Source: Eledone cirrhosa
Lineage: Eukaryota
Assembly (NCBI GenBank): GCA_964016885.1
Contig: OZ024740.1
Span: 1,364,001-1,428,000 of the forward strand
Direction of reading: 5' to 3'
Length of the DNA: 64,000 nt
Made by a program: the position numbers and the translations under genes. Shown one piece after another: positions 51,101 through 64,000 of this stretch. The notes under the pieces were generated by a model, which searched no databases, had not been told where the DNA came from, and saw only the letters and a program-made list of their open reading frames with translations. How positions within the stretch are numbered: position 1 is the first letter of the stretch; every line of letters starts with the position of its first letter.

Positions 51101-54100
51101 TCTGTCCCTTGTATCATGTGACATACAACAGGTGTACCCCTAGTCCTGTCCCCTGTGTCATGTGACATGCAACAGGTGTACCCCTAGTTCTGTCCTCTAT
51201 ATCATGTGACATACAACAGGTGTACCCCTAGTTCTGTCCCCTGTATCATGTGACATACAACAGGTGTACCCCTAGTTCTGTCCCCTATATCATGTGACAT
51301 ACAACAGGTGTACCCCTAGTTCTGTCCCCTATATCATGTGACATACAACAGGTGTACCCCTAGTCCTGTCCCCTGTGTCATGTGACATACAACAGGTGTA
51401 CCCCAAGTCCTGTCCCCTGTGTCATGTGGCATACAACAGGTGTACCCCTAGTCCTGTCCCCTGTGTCATGTGACATACAACAGGTGTACCCCAAGTCCTG
51501 TCCCCTGTGTCATGTGGCACACAACAGGTGTACCCCTAGTTCTGTCCTCTATATCATGTGACATACAACAGGTGTACCCCTAGTTCTGTCCCCTGTATCA
51601 TGTGACATACAACAGGTGTACCCCTAGTTCTGTCCCCTATATCATGTGACATACAACAGGTGTACCCCTAGTTCTGTCCCCTATATCATGTGACATACAA
51701 CAGGTGTACCCCTAGTTCTGTCCCCTGTATCATGTGACATACAACAGGTGTACCCCTAGTTCTGTCCCCTATATCATGTGACATACAACAGGTGTACCCC
51801 TAGTCCTGTCCCCTGTGTCATGTGACATACAACAGGTGTACCCCAAGTCCTGTCCCCTGTGTCATGTGGCATACAACAGGTGTACCCCTAGTTCTGTCCC
51901 CTATATCATGTGACATACAACAGGTGTACCCCTAGTTCTGTCCCCTATATCATGTGACATACAACAGGTGTACCCCTAGTTCTGTCCCCTGTATCATGTG
52001 ACATACAACAGGTGTACCCCTAGTTCTGTCCCCTGTGTCATGTGACATACAACAGGTGTACCCCTAGTCCTGTCCCCTGTGTCATGTGACATACAACAGG
52101 TGTACCCCTAGTCCTGTCCCCTGTGTCATGTGACATGCAACAGGTGTACCCCTAGTTCTGTCCTCTATATCATGTGACATACAACAGGTGTACCCCTAGT
52201 TCTGTCCCCTGTATCATGTGACATACAACAGGTGTACCCCTAGTTCTGTCCCCTATATCATGTGACATACAACAGGTGTACCCCTAGTTCTGTCCCCTAT
52301 ATCATGTGACATACAACAGGTGTACCCCAGGTTCTGTCCCCTGTATCATGTGACATACAACAGGTGTACCCCTAGTTCTGTCCCCTATATCATGTGACAT
52401 ACAACAGGTGTACCCCTAGTCCTGTCCCCTGTGTCATGTGGCATACAACAGGTGTACCCCTAGTTCTGTCCTCTATATCATGTGACATACAACAGGTGTA
52501 CCCCTAGTTCTGTCCCCTGTATCATGTGACATACAATAGGTGTACCCCTAGTCCTGTCCCCTGTATCATGTGACATACAACAGGTGTACCCCTAGTTCTG
52601 TCCTCTATATCATGTGACATACAACAGGTGTACCCCTAGTTCTGTCCCCTGTGTCATGTGACATACAACAGGTGTACCCCAAGTCCTGTCCCCTGTGTCA
52701 GGTGGCATACAACAGGTGTACCCCTAGTTCTGTCCCCTATATCATGTGACATACAACAGGTGTACCCCTAGTTCTGTCCCCTGTATCATGTGACATACAA
52801 CAGGTGTACCCCTAGTCCTGTCCTCTGTGTCATGTGACATACAACAGGTGTACCCCTAGTTCTGTCCCCTATATCACGTGACATACAACAGGTGTACCCC
52901 TAGTTCTGTCCCCTATATCACGTGACATACAACAGGTGTACCCCTAGTTCTGTCCCCTATATCATGTGACATACAACAGGTGTACCCCTAGTTCTGTCCC
53001 CTATATCACGTGACATACAACAGGTGTACCCCTAGTTCTGTCCCCTATATCATGTGACATACAACAGGTGTACCCCTAGTTCTGTCCCCTGTATCATGTG
53101 ACATACAACAGGTGTACCCCTAGTTCTGTCCTCTATATCATGTGACATACAACAGGTGTACCCCTAGTCCTGTCCCCTGTGTCATGTGGCATACAACAGG
53201 TGTACCCCTAGTTCTGTCCCCTATATCATGTGACATACAACAGATGTACCCCTAGTCCTGTCCCCTATATCATGTGACATACAACAGGTGTACCCCTATA
53301 TCATGTGACATACAACATGTGTACCCCTAGTCCTGTCCCCTATATCATGTGACATACAACAGGTGTACCTCTAGTTCTGTCTCCTATATCATGTGACATA
53401 CAACAGGTGTACCCCTAGTCCTGTCCCCTGTGTCATGTGACATACAACAGGTGTACCCCAACTCCTGTCCCCTGTGTCATGTGGCATACAACAGGTGTAC
53501 CCCTAGTTCTGTCCTCTATATCATGTGACATACAACAGGTGTACCCCTAGTTCTGTCCCCTGTATCATGTGACATACAACAGGTGTACCCCTAGTTCTGT
53601 CCCCTATATCATGTGACATACAACAGGTGTACCCCTAGTTCTGTCCACTATATCATGTGACATACAACAGGTGTACCCCTAGTTCTGTCCCCTGTATCAT
53701 GTGACATACAACAGGTGTACCCCTAGTTCTGTCCCCTATATCATGTGACATACAACAGGTGTACCCCTAGTCCTGTCCCCTGTGTCATGTGACATACAAC
53801 AGGTGTAACCTAATCCTGTCCCCTGTGTCATGTGACATACAACAGGTATACCCCTAGTCCTGTCCCCTATATCATGTGACATACAACAGGTGTACCCCTA
53901 GTTCTGTCCCCTGTCTCATGTGACATACAACAGGTGTACCCCTAGTTCTGTCCCCTGTGTCATGTGACATACAACAGGTGTAACCCTAATCCTGTCCCCT
54001 GTGTCATGTGACATACAACAGGTGTACCCCTAGTTCTGTCCCCTGTGTCATGTGACATACAACAGGTGTAACCCTAATCCTGTCCCCTGTGTCATGTGAC

Positions 54101-57100
54101 ATACAACAGGTGTACCCCTAGATCTGTCCTCTGTGTCATGTGACATACAACAGGTGTACCCTAGTCCTGTCCTCTGTGTCATGTGACATACAACAGGTAT
54201 ACCCCTAGTTCTGTCCCCTATATCATGTGACATACAACAGGTGTAACCCTAGTCCTGTCCCCTGTGTCATGTGACATACAACAGGTGTACCCCTAGTTCT
54301 GTCCCCTATATTATGTGACATACAACAGGTGTACCCCTAGTCCTGTCCCCTATATCATGACCTACAACAGGTGTACCCCTAGTTCTGTCCCCTATATCAT
54401 GACCTGCAACAGGTGTACCCCTAGTTCTGTCCCCTGTATCATGTGACATACAACAGGTGTACCCCTAGTTCTGTCCCCTATATCATGTGACATACAACAG
54501 GTGTACCCCTAGTCCTGTCCCCTGTATCATGTGACATACAACAGGTGTACCCCTAGTCCTGTCCCCTGTATCATGTGACATACAACAGGTGTACCCCTAG
54601 TCCTGTCCCCTGTATCATGTGACATACAACAGGTGTACCCCTAGTCTTGTCCTCTGTGTCATGTGACATACAACAGGTGTACCCCTAGTTCTGTCCCCAA
54701 TATCATGTGACATACAACAGGTGTACCCCTAGTCCTGTCCCCTATATCATGTGACATACAACAGGTGTACCCCTAGTCCTGTCCCCTGTATCATGTGACA
54801 GACAACAGGTGTACCCCTAGTCCTGTCCCCTGTATCATGTGACATACAACAGGTGTACCCCTAGTCCTGTCCCCTGTATCATGTGACATACAACAGGTGT
54901 ACCCCTAGTCCTGTCCCCTGTATCATGTGACATACAACAGGTGTACCCCTAGTCCTGTCCCCTGTATCATGTGACATACAACAGGTGTACCCCTAGTCCT
55001 GTCCTCTGTGTCTTGTGACATACAACAGGTGTACCCCTAGTTCTGTCCCCTATATCATGTGACATACAACAGGTGTACCCCTAGTCCTGTCCCCTGTATC
55101 ATATGACATACAACAGGTGTACCCCTAGTCCTGTCCTCTGTGTCATGTGACATACAACATGTGTACCCCTAGTTCTGTCCCCTACATCACGTGACATACA
55201 ACAGGTGTACCCCTAGTTCTGTCCCCTGTATCATGTGACATACAACAGGTGTACCCCTAGTCCTGTCCCCTGTGTCTTGTGACATGCAACAGGTGTACCC
55301 CTAGTTCTGTCCTCTATATCAAGTGACATACAACAGGTGTACCCCTAGTTCTGTCCCCTGTATCATGTGACATACAACAGGTGTACCCCTAGTTCTGTCC
55401 CCTATATCATGTGACATACAACAGGTGTACCCCTAGTTCTGTCCCCTATAACATGTGACATACAACAGGTGTACCCCTAGTTCTGTCCCCTGTATCATGT
55501 GACATACAACAGGTGTACCCCTAGTTCTGTCCCCTATATCATGTGACATACAACAGGTGTACTCCAAGTCCTGTCCCCTGTGTCATGTGGCATACAACAG
55601 GTGTACCCCTAGTTCTGTCCCCTATATCATGTGACATACAACAGGTGTACCCCTAGTTCTGTCCCCTATATCATGTGACATACAACAGGTGTACCCCTAG
55701 TTCTGTCCCCTGTATCATGTGACATACAACAGGTGTACCCCTAGTCCTGTCCCCTGTGTCATGTGACATGCAACAGGTGTACCCCTAGTTCTGTCCTCTA
55801 TATCATGTGACATACAACAGGTGTACCCCTAGTTCTGTCCCCTGTATCATGTGACATACAACAGGTGTACCCCTAGTTCTGTCCCCTATATCATGTGACA
55901 TACAACAGGTGTACCCCTAGTTCTGTCCCCTATATCATGTGACATACAACAGGTGTACCCCTAGTTCTGTCCCCTGTATCATGTGACATACAACAGGTGT
56001 ACCCCTAGTTCTGTCCCCTATATCATGTGACATACAACAGGTGTACCCCTAGTCCTGTCCCCTGTGTCATGTGACATACAACAGGTGTACCCCAAGTCCT
56101 GTCCCCTGTGTCATGTGGCATACAACAGGTGTACCCCTAGTTCTGTCCTCTATATCATGTGACATACAACAGGTGTACCCCTGGTTCTGTCCCCTGTATC
56201 ATGTGACATACAACAGGTGAACCCCTAGTTCTGTCCCCTATATCATGTGACATACAACAGGTGTACCCCTAGTTCTGTCCCCTATATCATGTGACATACA
56301 ACAGGTGTACCCCTAGTTCTGTCCCCTGTATCATGTGACATACAACAGGTGTACCCCTAGTTCTGTCCCCTATATCATGTGACATACAACAGGTGTACCC
56401 CTAGTCCTGTCCCCTGTATCATGTGACATACAACAGGTGTACCCCTAGTCCTGTCCCCTGTATCATGTGACATACAACAGGTGTACCCCTAGTCCTGTCC
56501 TCTGTGTCATGTGACATACAACAGGTGTACCCCTAGTTCTGTCCCCTATATCATGTGACATACAACAGGTGTACCCCTAGTCCTGTCCCCTATATCATGT
56601 GACATACAACAGGTGTACCCCTAGTCCTGTCCCCTGTATCATGTGACATACAACAGGTGTACCCCTAGTCCTGTCCCCTGTATCATGTGACATACAACAG
56701 GTGTACCCCTAGTCCTGTCCCCTGTATCATGTGACATACAACAGGTGTACCCCTAGTCCTGTCCCCTGTATCATGTGACATACAACAGGTGTACCCCTAG
56801 TCCTGTCCCCTGTATCATGTGACATACAACAGGTGTACCCCTAGTCCTGTCCCCTGTATCATGTGACATACAACAGGTGTACCCCTAGTCCTGTCCCCTG
56901 TATCATGTGACATACAACAGGTGTACCCCTAGTTCTGTCCCCTATATCATGTGACATACAACAGGTGTACCCCTAGTCCTGTCCCCTGTATCATATGACA
57001 TACAACAGGTGTACCCCTAGTCCTGTCCTCTGTGTCATGTGACATACAACATGTGTACCCCTAGTTCTGTCCCCTATATCACGTGACATACAACAGGTGT

Positions 57101-60100
57101 ACCCCTAGTTCTGTCCCCTGTACCATGTGACATACAACAGGTGTACCCCTAGTCCTGTCCCCTGTGTCATGTGACATGCAACAGGTGTACCCCTAGTTCT
57201 GTCCTCTATATCATGTGACATACAACAGGTGTACCCCTAGTTCTGTCCCCTGTATCATGTGACATACAACAGGTGTACCCCTAGTTCTGTCCCCTATATC
57301 ATGTGACATACAACAGGTGTACCCCTAGTTCTGTCCCCTATATCATGTGACATACAACAGGTGTACCCCTAGTTCTGTCCCCTGTATCATGTGACATACA
57401 ACAGGTGTACCCCTAGTTCTGTCCCCTATATCATGTGACATACAACAGGTGTACCCCAAGTCCTGTCCCCTGTGTCATGTGGCATACAACAGGTGTACCC
57501 CTAGTTCTGTCCCCTATATCATGTGACATACAACAGGTGTACCCCTAGTTCTGTCCCCTATATCATGTGACATACAACAGGTGTACCCCTAGTTCTGTCC
57601 CCTGTATCATGTGACATACAACAGGTGTACCCCTAGTCCTGTCCCCTGTGTCATGTGACATGCAACAGGTGTACCCCTAGTTCTGTCCTCTATATCATGT
57701 GACATACAACAGGTGTACCCCTAGTTCTGTCCCCTGTATCATGTGACATACAACAGGTGTACCCCTAGTTCTGTCCCCTATATCATGTGACATACAACAG
57801 GTGTACCCCTAGTTCTGTCCCCTATATCATGTGACATACAACAGGTGTACCCCTAGTCCTGTCCCCTGTGTCATGTGACATACAACAGGTGTACCCCAAG
57901 TCCTGTCCCCTGTGTCATGTGGCATACAACAGGTGTACCCCTAGTTCTGTCCTCTATATCATGTGACATACAACAGGTGTACCCCTAGTTCTGTCCCCTG
58001 TATCATGTGACATACAACAGGTGTACCCCTAGTTCTGTCCCCTATATCATGTGACATACAACAGGTGTACCCCTAGTTCTGTCCCCTATATCATGTGACA
58101 TACAACAGGTGTACCCCTAGTTCTGTCCCCTGTATCATGTGACATACAACAGGTGTACCCCTAGTTCTGTCCCCTATATCATGTGACATACAACAGGTGT
58201 ACCCCTAGTCCTGTCCCCTGTGTCATGTGACATACAACAGGTGTACCCCAAGTCCTGTCCCCTGTGTCATGTGGCATACAACAGGTGTACCCCTAGTTCT
58301 GTCCCCTATATCATGTGACATACAACAGGTGTACCCCTAGTTCTGTCCCCTATATCATGTGACATACAACAGGTGTACCCCTAGTTCTGTCCCCTGTATC
58401 ATGTGACATACAACATGTGTATCCCTAGTTCTGTCCCCTGTGTCATGTGACATACAACAGGTGTACCCCTAGTCCTGTCCCCTGTGTCATGTGACATACA
58501 ACAGGTGTACCCCTAGTCCTGTCCCCTATATCATGTGACATACAATAGGTGTACTCCTAGTCCTGTCCCCTATATCATGACATACAACAGGTGTACCCCT
58601 AGTCCTGTCCCCTGTGTCATGTGACATGCAACAGGTGTACCCCTAGTTCTGTCCTCTATATCATGTGACATACAACAGGTGTACCCCTAGTTCTGTCCCC
58701 TGTATCATGTGACATACAACAGGTGTACCCCTAGTTCTGTCCCCTATATCATGTGACATACAACAGGTGTACCCCTAGTTCTGTCCCCTATATCATGTGA
58801 CATACAACAGGTGTACCCCAGGTTCTGTCCCCTGTATCATGTGACATACAACAGGTGTACCCCTAGTTCTGTCCCCTATATCATGTGACATACAACAGGT
58901 GTACCCCTAGTCCTGTCCCCTGTGTCATGTGGCATACAACAGGTGTACCCCTAGTTCTGTCCTCTATATCATGTGACATACAACAGGTGTACCCCTAGTT
59001 CTGTCCCCTGTATCATGTGACATACAATAGGTGTACCCCTAGTCCTGTCCCCTGTATCATGTGACATACAACAGGTGTACCCCTAGTTCTGTCCTCTATA
59101 TCATGTGACATACAACAGGTGTACCCCTAGTTCTGTCCCCTGTGTCATGTGACATACAACAGGTGTACCCCAAGTCCTGTCCCCTGTGTCATGTGGCATA
59201 CAACAGGCGTACCCCTAGTTCTGTCCCCTATATCATGTGACATACAACAGGTGTACCCCTAGTTCTGTCCCCTGTATCATGTGACATACAACAGGTGTAC
59301 CCCTAGTCCTGTCCTCTGTGTCATGTGACATACAACAGGTGTACCCCTAGTTCTGTCCCCTATATCACGTGACATACAACAGGTGTACCCCTAGTTCTGT
59401 CCCCTATATCACGTGACATACAACAGGTGTACCCCTAGTTCTGTCCCCTATATCATGTGACATACAACAGGTGTACCCCTAGTTCTGTCCCCTATATCAC
59501 GTGACATACAACAGGTGTACCCCTAGTTCTGTCCCCTATATCACGTGACATACAACAGGTGTACCCCTAGTTCTGTCCCCTATATCATGTGACATACAAC
59601 AGGTGTACCCCTAGTTCTGTCCCCTGTATCATGTGACATACAACAGGTGTATCCCTAGTTCTGTCCTCTATATCATGTGACATACAACAGGTGTACCCCT
59701 AGTCCTGTCCCCTGTGTCATGTGGCATACAACAGGTGTACCCCTAGTTCTGTCCCCTATATCATGTGACATACAACAGATGTACCCCTAGTTTTGTCCCC
59801 TATATCATGTGACATACAACAGTTGTACCCCTATATCATGTGACATACAACATGTGTACCCCTAGTCCTGTCCCCTATATCATGTGACATACAACAGGTG
59901 TACCTCTAGTTCTGTCTCCTATATCGTGTGACATACAACAGGTGTACCCCTAGTCCTGTCCCCTGTGTCATGTGACATACAACAGGTGTACCCCAAGTCC
60001 TGTCCCCTGTGTCATGTGGCATACAACAGGTGTACCCCTAGTTCTGTCCTCTATATCATGTGACATACAACAGGTGTACCCCTAGTTCTGTCCCCTGTAT

Positions 60101-63100
60101 CGTGTGACATACAACAGGTGTACCCCTAGTTCTGTCCCCTGTATCATGTGACATACAACAGGTGTACCCCTAGTTCTGTCCCCTATATCATGTGACATAC
60201 AACAGGTGTACCCCTAGTTCTGTCCCCTATATCATGTGACATACAACAGGTGTACCCCAGGTTCTGTCCCCTGTATCATGTGACATACAACAGGTGTACC
60301 CCTAGTTCTGTCCCCTATATCATGTGACATACAACAGGTGTACCCCTAGTCCTGTCCCCTGTGTCATGTGGCATACAACAGGTGTACCCCTAGTTCTGTC
60401 CTCTATATCATGTGACATACAACAGGTGTACCCCTAGTTCTGTCCCCTGTATCATGTGACATACAATAGGTGTACCCCTAGTCCTGTCCCCTGTATCATG
60501 TGACATACAACAGGTGTACCCCTAGTTCTGTCCTCTATATCATGTGACATACAACAGGTGTACCCCTAGTTCTGTCCCCTGTGTCATGTGACATACAACA
60601 GGTGTACCCCAAGTCCTGTCCCCTGTGTCATGTGGCATACAACAGGCGTACCCCTAGTTCTGTCCCCTATATCATGTGACATACAACAGGTGTACCCCTA
60701 GTTCTGTCCCCTGTATCATGTGACATACAACAGGTGTACCCCTAGTCCTGTCCTCTGTGTCATGTGACATACAACAGGTGTACCCCTAGTTCTGTCCCCT
60801 ATATCACGTGACATACAACAGGTGTACCCCTAGTTCTGTCCCCTATATCACGTGACATACAACAGGTGTACCCCTAGTTCTGTCCCCTATATCATGTGAC
60901 ATACAACAGGTGTACCCCTAGTTCTGTCCCCTATATCACGTGACATACAACAGGTGTACCCCTAGTTCTGTCCCCTATATCACGTGACATACAACAGGTG
61001 TACCCCTAGTTCTGTCCCCTATATCATGTGACATACAACAGGTGTACCCCTAGTTCTGTCCCCTGTATCATGTGACATACAACAGGTGTATCCCTAGTTC
61101 TGTCCTCTATATCATGTGACATACAACAGGTGTACCCCTAGTCCTGTCCACTGTTTCATGTGGCATACAACAGGTGTACCCCTAGTTCTGTCCCCTATAT
61201 CATGTGACATACAACAGATTACCCCTAGTCCTGTCCCCTATATCATGTGACATACAACAGGTGTACCCCTATATCATGTGACATACAACATGTGTACCCC
61301 TAGTCCTGTCCCCTATATCATGTGACATACAACAGGTGTACCTCTAGTTCTGTCTCCTATATCATGTGACATACAACAGGTGTACCCCTAGTCCTGTCCC
61401 CTGTGTCATGTGACATACAACAGGTGTACCCCAAGTCCTGTCCCCTGTGTCATGTGGCATACAACAGGTGTACCCCTAGTTCTGTCGTCTATATCATGTG
61501 ACATACAACAGGTGTACCCCTAGTTCTGTCCCCTGTATCATGTGACATACAACAGGTGTACCCCTAGTTCTGCCCCCATATCATGTGACATACAACAGGT
61601 GTACCCCTAGTTCTGTCCCCTATATCATGTGACATACAACAGGTGTACCCCTAGTTCTGTCCCCTGTATCATGTGACATACAACAGGTGTACCCCTAGTT
61701 CTGTCCCCTATATCATGTGACATACAACAGGTGTACCCCTAGTCCTGTCCCCTGTGTCATGTGGCATACAACAGGTGTACCCCTAGTTCTGTCCTCTATA
61801 TCATGTGACATACAACAGGTGTACCCCTAGTTCTGTCCCCTGTATCATGTGACATACAATAGGTGTACCCCTAGTCCTGTCCCCTGTATCATGTGACATA
61901 CAACAGGTGTACCCCTAGTTCTGTCCTCTATATCATGTGACATACAACAGGTGTACCCCTAGTTCTGTCCCCTGTGTCATGTGACATACAACAGGTGTAC
62001 CCCAAGTCCTGTCCCCTGTGTCATGTGGCATACAACAGGTGTACCCCTAGTTCTGTCCCCTATATCATGTGACATACAACAGGTGTACCCCTAGTTCTGT
62101 CCCCTGTATCATGTGACATACAACAGGTGTACCCCTAGTCCTGTCCTCTGTGTCATGTGACATACAACAGGTGTGCCCCTAGTTCTTTCCCCTATATCAC
62201 GTGACATACAACAGGTGTACCCCTAGTTCTGTCCCCTATATCACGTGACATACAACAGGTGTACCCCTAGTTCTGTCCCCTATATCATGTGACATACAAC
62301 AGGTGTACCCCTAGTCCTGTCCCCTATATCACGTGACATACAACAGGTGTACCCCTAGTTCTGTCCCCTATATCACGTGACATACAACAGGTGTACCCCT
62401 AGTTCTGTCCCCTATATCACGTGACATACAACAGGTGTACCCCTAGTTCTGTCCCCTATATCATGACCTACAACAGGTGTACCCCTAGTTCTGTCCCCTA
62501 TATCACGTGACATACAACAGGTGTACCCCTAGTTCTGTCCCCTATATCACGTGACATACAACAGGTGTACCCCTAGTTCTGTCCCCTATATCATGTGACA
62601 TACAACAGGTGTACCCCTAGTTCTGTCCCCTGTATCATGTGACATACAACAGGTGTACCCCTAGTTCTGTCCTCTATATCATGTGACATACAACAGGTGT
62701 ACCCCTAGTCCTGTCCCCTGTGTCATGTGGCATACAACAGGTGTACCCCTAGTTCTGTCCCCTATATCATGTGACATACAACAGATGTACCTCTAGTCCT
62801 GTCCCCTATATCATGTGACATACAACAGGTGTACCCCTATATCATGTGACATACAACATGTGTACCCCTAGTCCTGTCCCCTATATCATGTGACATACAA
62901 CAGGTGTACCTCTAGTTCTGTCTCCTATATCATGTGACATACAACAGGTGTACCCCTAGTCCTGTCCCCTATATCATGTGACATACAACATGTGTACCCC
63001 TAGTCCTGTCCCCTGTATCATCTGACATACAACAGGTGTACCCCTAGTCCTGTCCTCTGTGTCATGTGACATACAACAGGTGTACCCCTAGTCCTGTCCC

Positions 63101-64000
63101 CTGTATCATGTGACATACAACAGGTGTACCCCTAGACCTGTCCCCTGTATCATGTGACATACAACAGGTGTACCCCTAGTCCTGTCCTCTGTGTCATGTG
63201 ACATACAACAGGTGTACCCCTAGTTCTGTCCCCTATATCATGTGACATACAACAGGTGTACCCCTAGTCCTGTCCCCTGTATCATGTGACATACAACAGG
63301 TGTACCCCTAGTTCTGTCCCCTATATCATGTGACATACAACAGGTGTACCCCTAATCCTGTCCCCTGTATCATGTGATATACAACAGGTGTACCCCTAGT
63401 TCTGTCCCCTATATCATGTGACATACAACAGGTGTACCCCTAGTCCTGTCCCCTGTGTCATGTGACATGCAACAGGTGTACCCCTAGTCCTGTCCCCTGT
63501 ATCATGTGATATACAACAGGTGTACCCCTAGTCTTATCCTCTGTGTCATGTGACATACAACAGGTGTACCCCTAGTCCTGTCCCCTGTGTCATGTGACAT
63601 ACAACAGGTGTACCTCTAGTTCTGTCCCCTATATCATCTGACATACAACAGGTGTACCCCTAGTTCTGTCCTCTGTGTCATGTGAGATACAACAGGTGTA
63701 CCTCTAGTTCTGTCCCCTATATCATGTGACATACAACAGGTGTACCCCTAGTCCTGTCCCCTGTGTCATGTGACATACAACAGGTGTACCTCTAGTTCTG
63801 TCCCCTATATCATGTGACATACAACAGGTGTACCCCTAGTCCTGTCCCCTGTATCATGTGACATACAACAGGTGTACCCCTAGTCCTGTCCCCTGTATCA
63901 TGTGACATACAACAGGTGTACCCCTAGTCCTGTCCTCTGTGTCATGTGACATACAACAGGTGTACCTCTAGTTCTGTCCCCTATATCATGTGACATACAA
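30165..64000. repeat. Tandem satellite array, 44-bp monomer (about 770 copies in window; continues off the right edge)
   Basis: Consensus GTGTACCCCTAGTYCTGTCCCCTRTRTCATGTGACATACAACAG, uninterrupted for about 33.8 kb. Confidence 0.99.

Noticed and set aside
33971-54233. Six near-identical 61-aa minus-strand ORFs in the 44-bp satellite
   Set aside because: Created by 1-bp deletion monomers and copied by block duplication; useful only as higher-order repeat markers.
30165-64000. G-quadruplex array on the minus strand (two GGGG runs per monomer)
   Set aside because: Alternate loops are about 27 nt long, so stable G4 formation is doubtful and there is no independent support.

Overview
Eukaryotic, AT-rich, repeat-dense animal DNA; the SINE/RTE repertoire and (TA)n richness suggest an octopus or other coleoid cephalopod (inference). 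One host gene runs on the + strand: four spliced coding exons (12443-12611, 23250-23335, 24123-24197, 28890-28998) encode the ankyrin-repeat N-terminus of an OSBPL1A/ORP1L-like protein. About 46 kb of the window is two apparently intronic satellite arrays, a 52-bp monomer (1-12339) and a 44-bp monomer (about 30165-64000), both with nested higher-order duplications. The introns between them hold an intact 1039-aa RTE-type LINE ORF (APE + RT, with a PHD finger inserted inside the RT), a frameshifted head-to-head relative, a second RTE-type fragment, an RLE-type non-LTR fragment and tRNA-derived SINEs. Between coding exons 3 and 4 is a cluster of three Penelope-like fold-back insertions, including a 2.4-kb palindrome with a GIY-YIG C-terminus in its loop. 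Two of these insertions carry complete minimal type I hammerhead ribozyme motifs on the host gene's sense strand. No CRISPR or prokaryotic system is present. All calls were made by eye; no database search or folding calculation was run.
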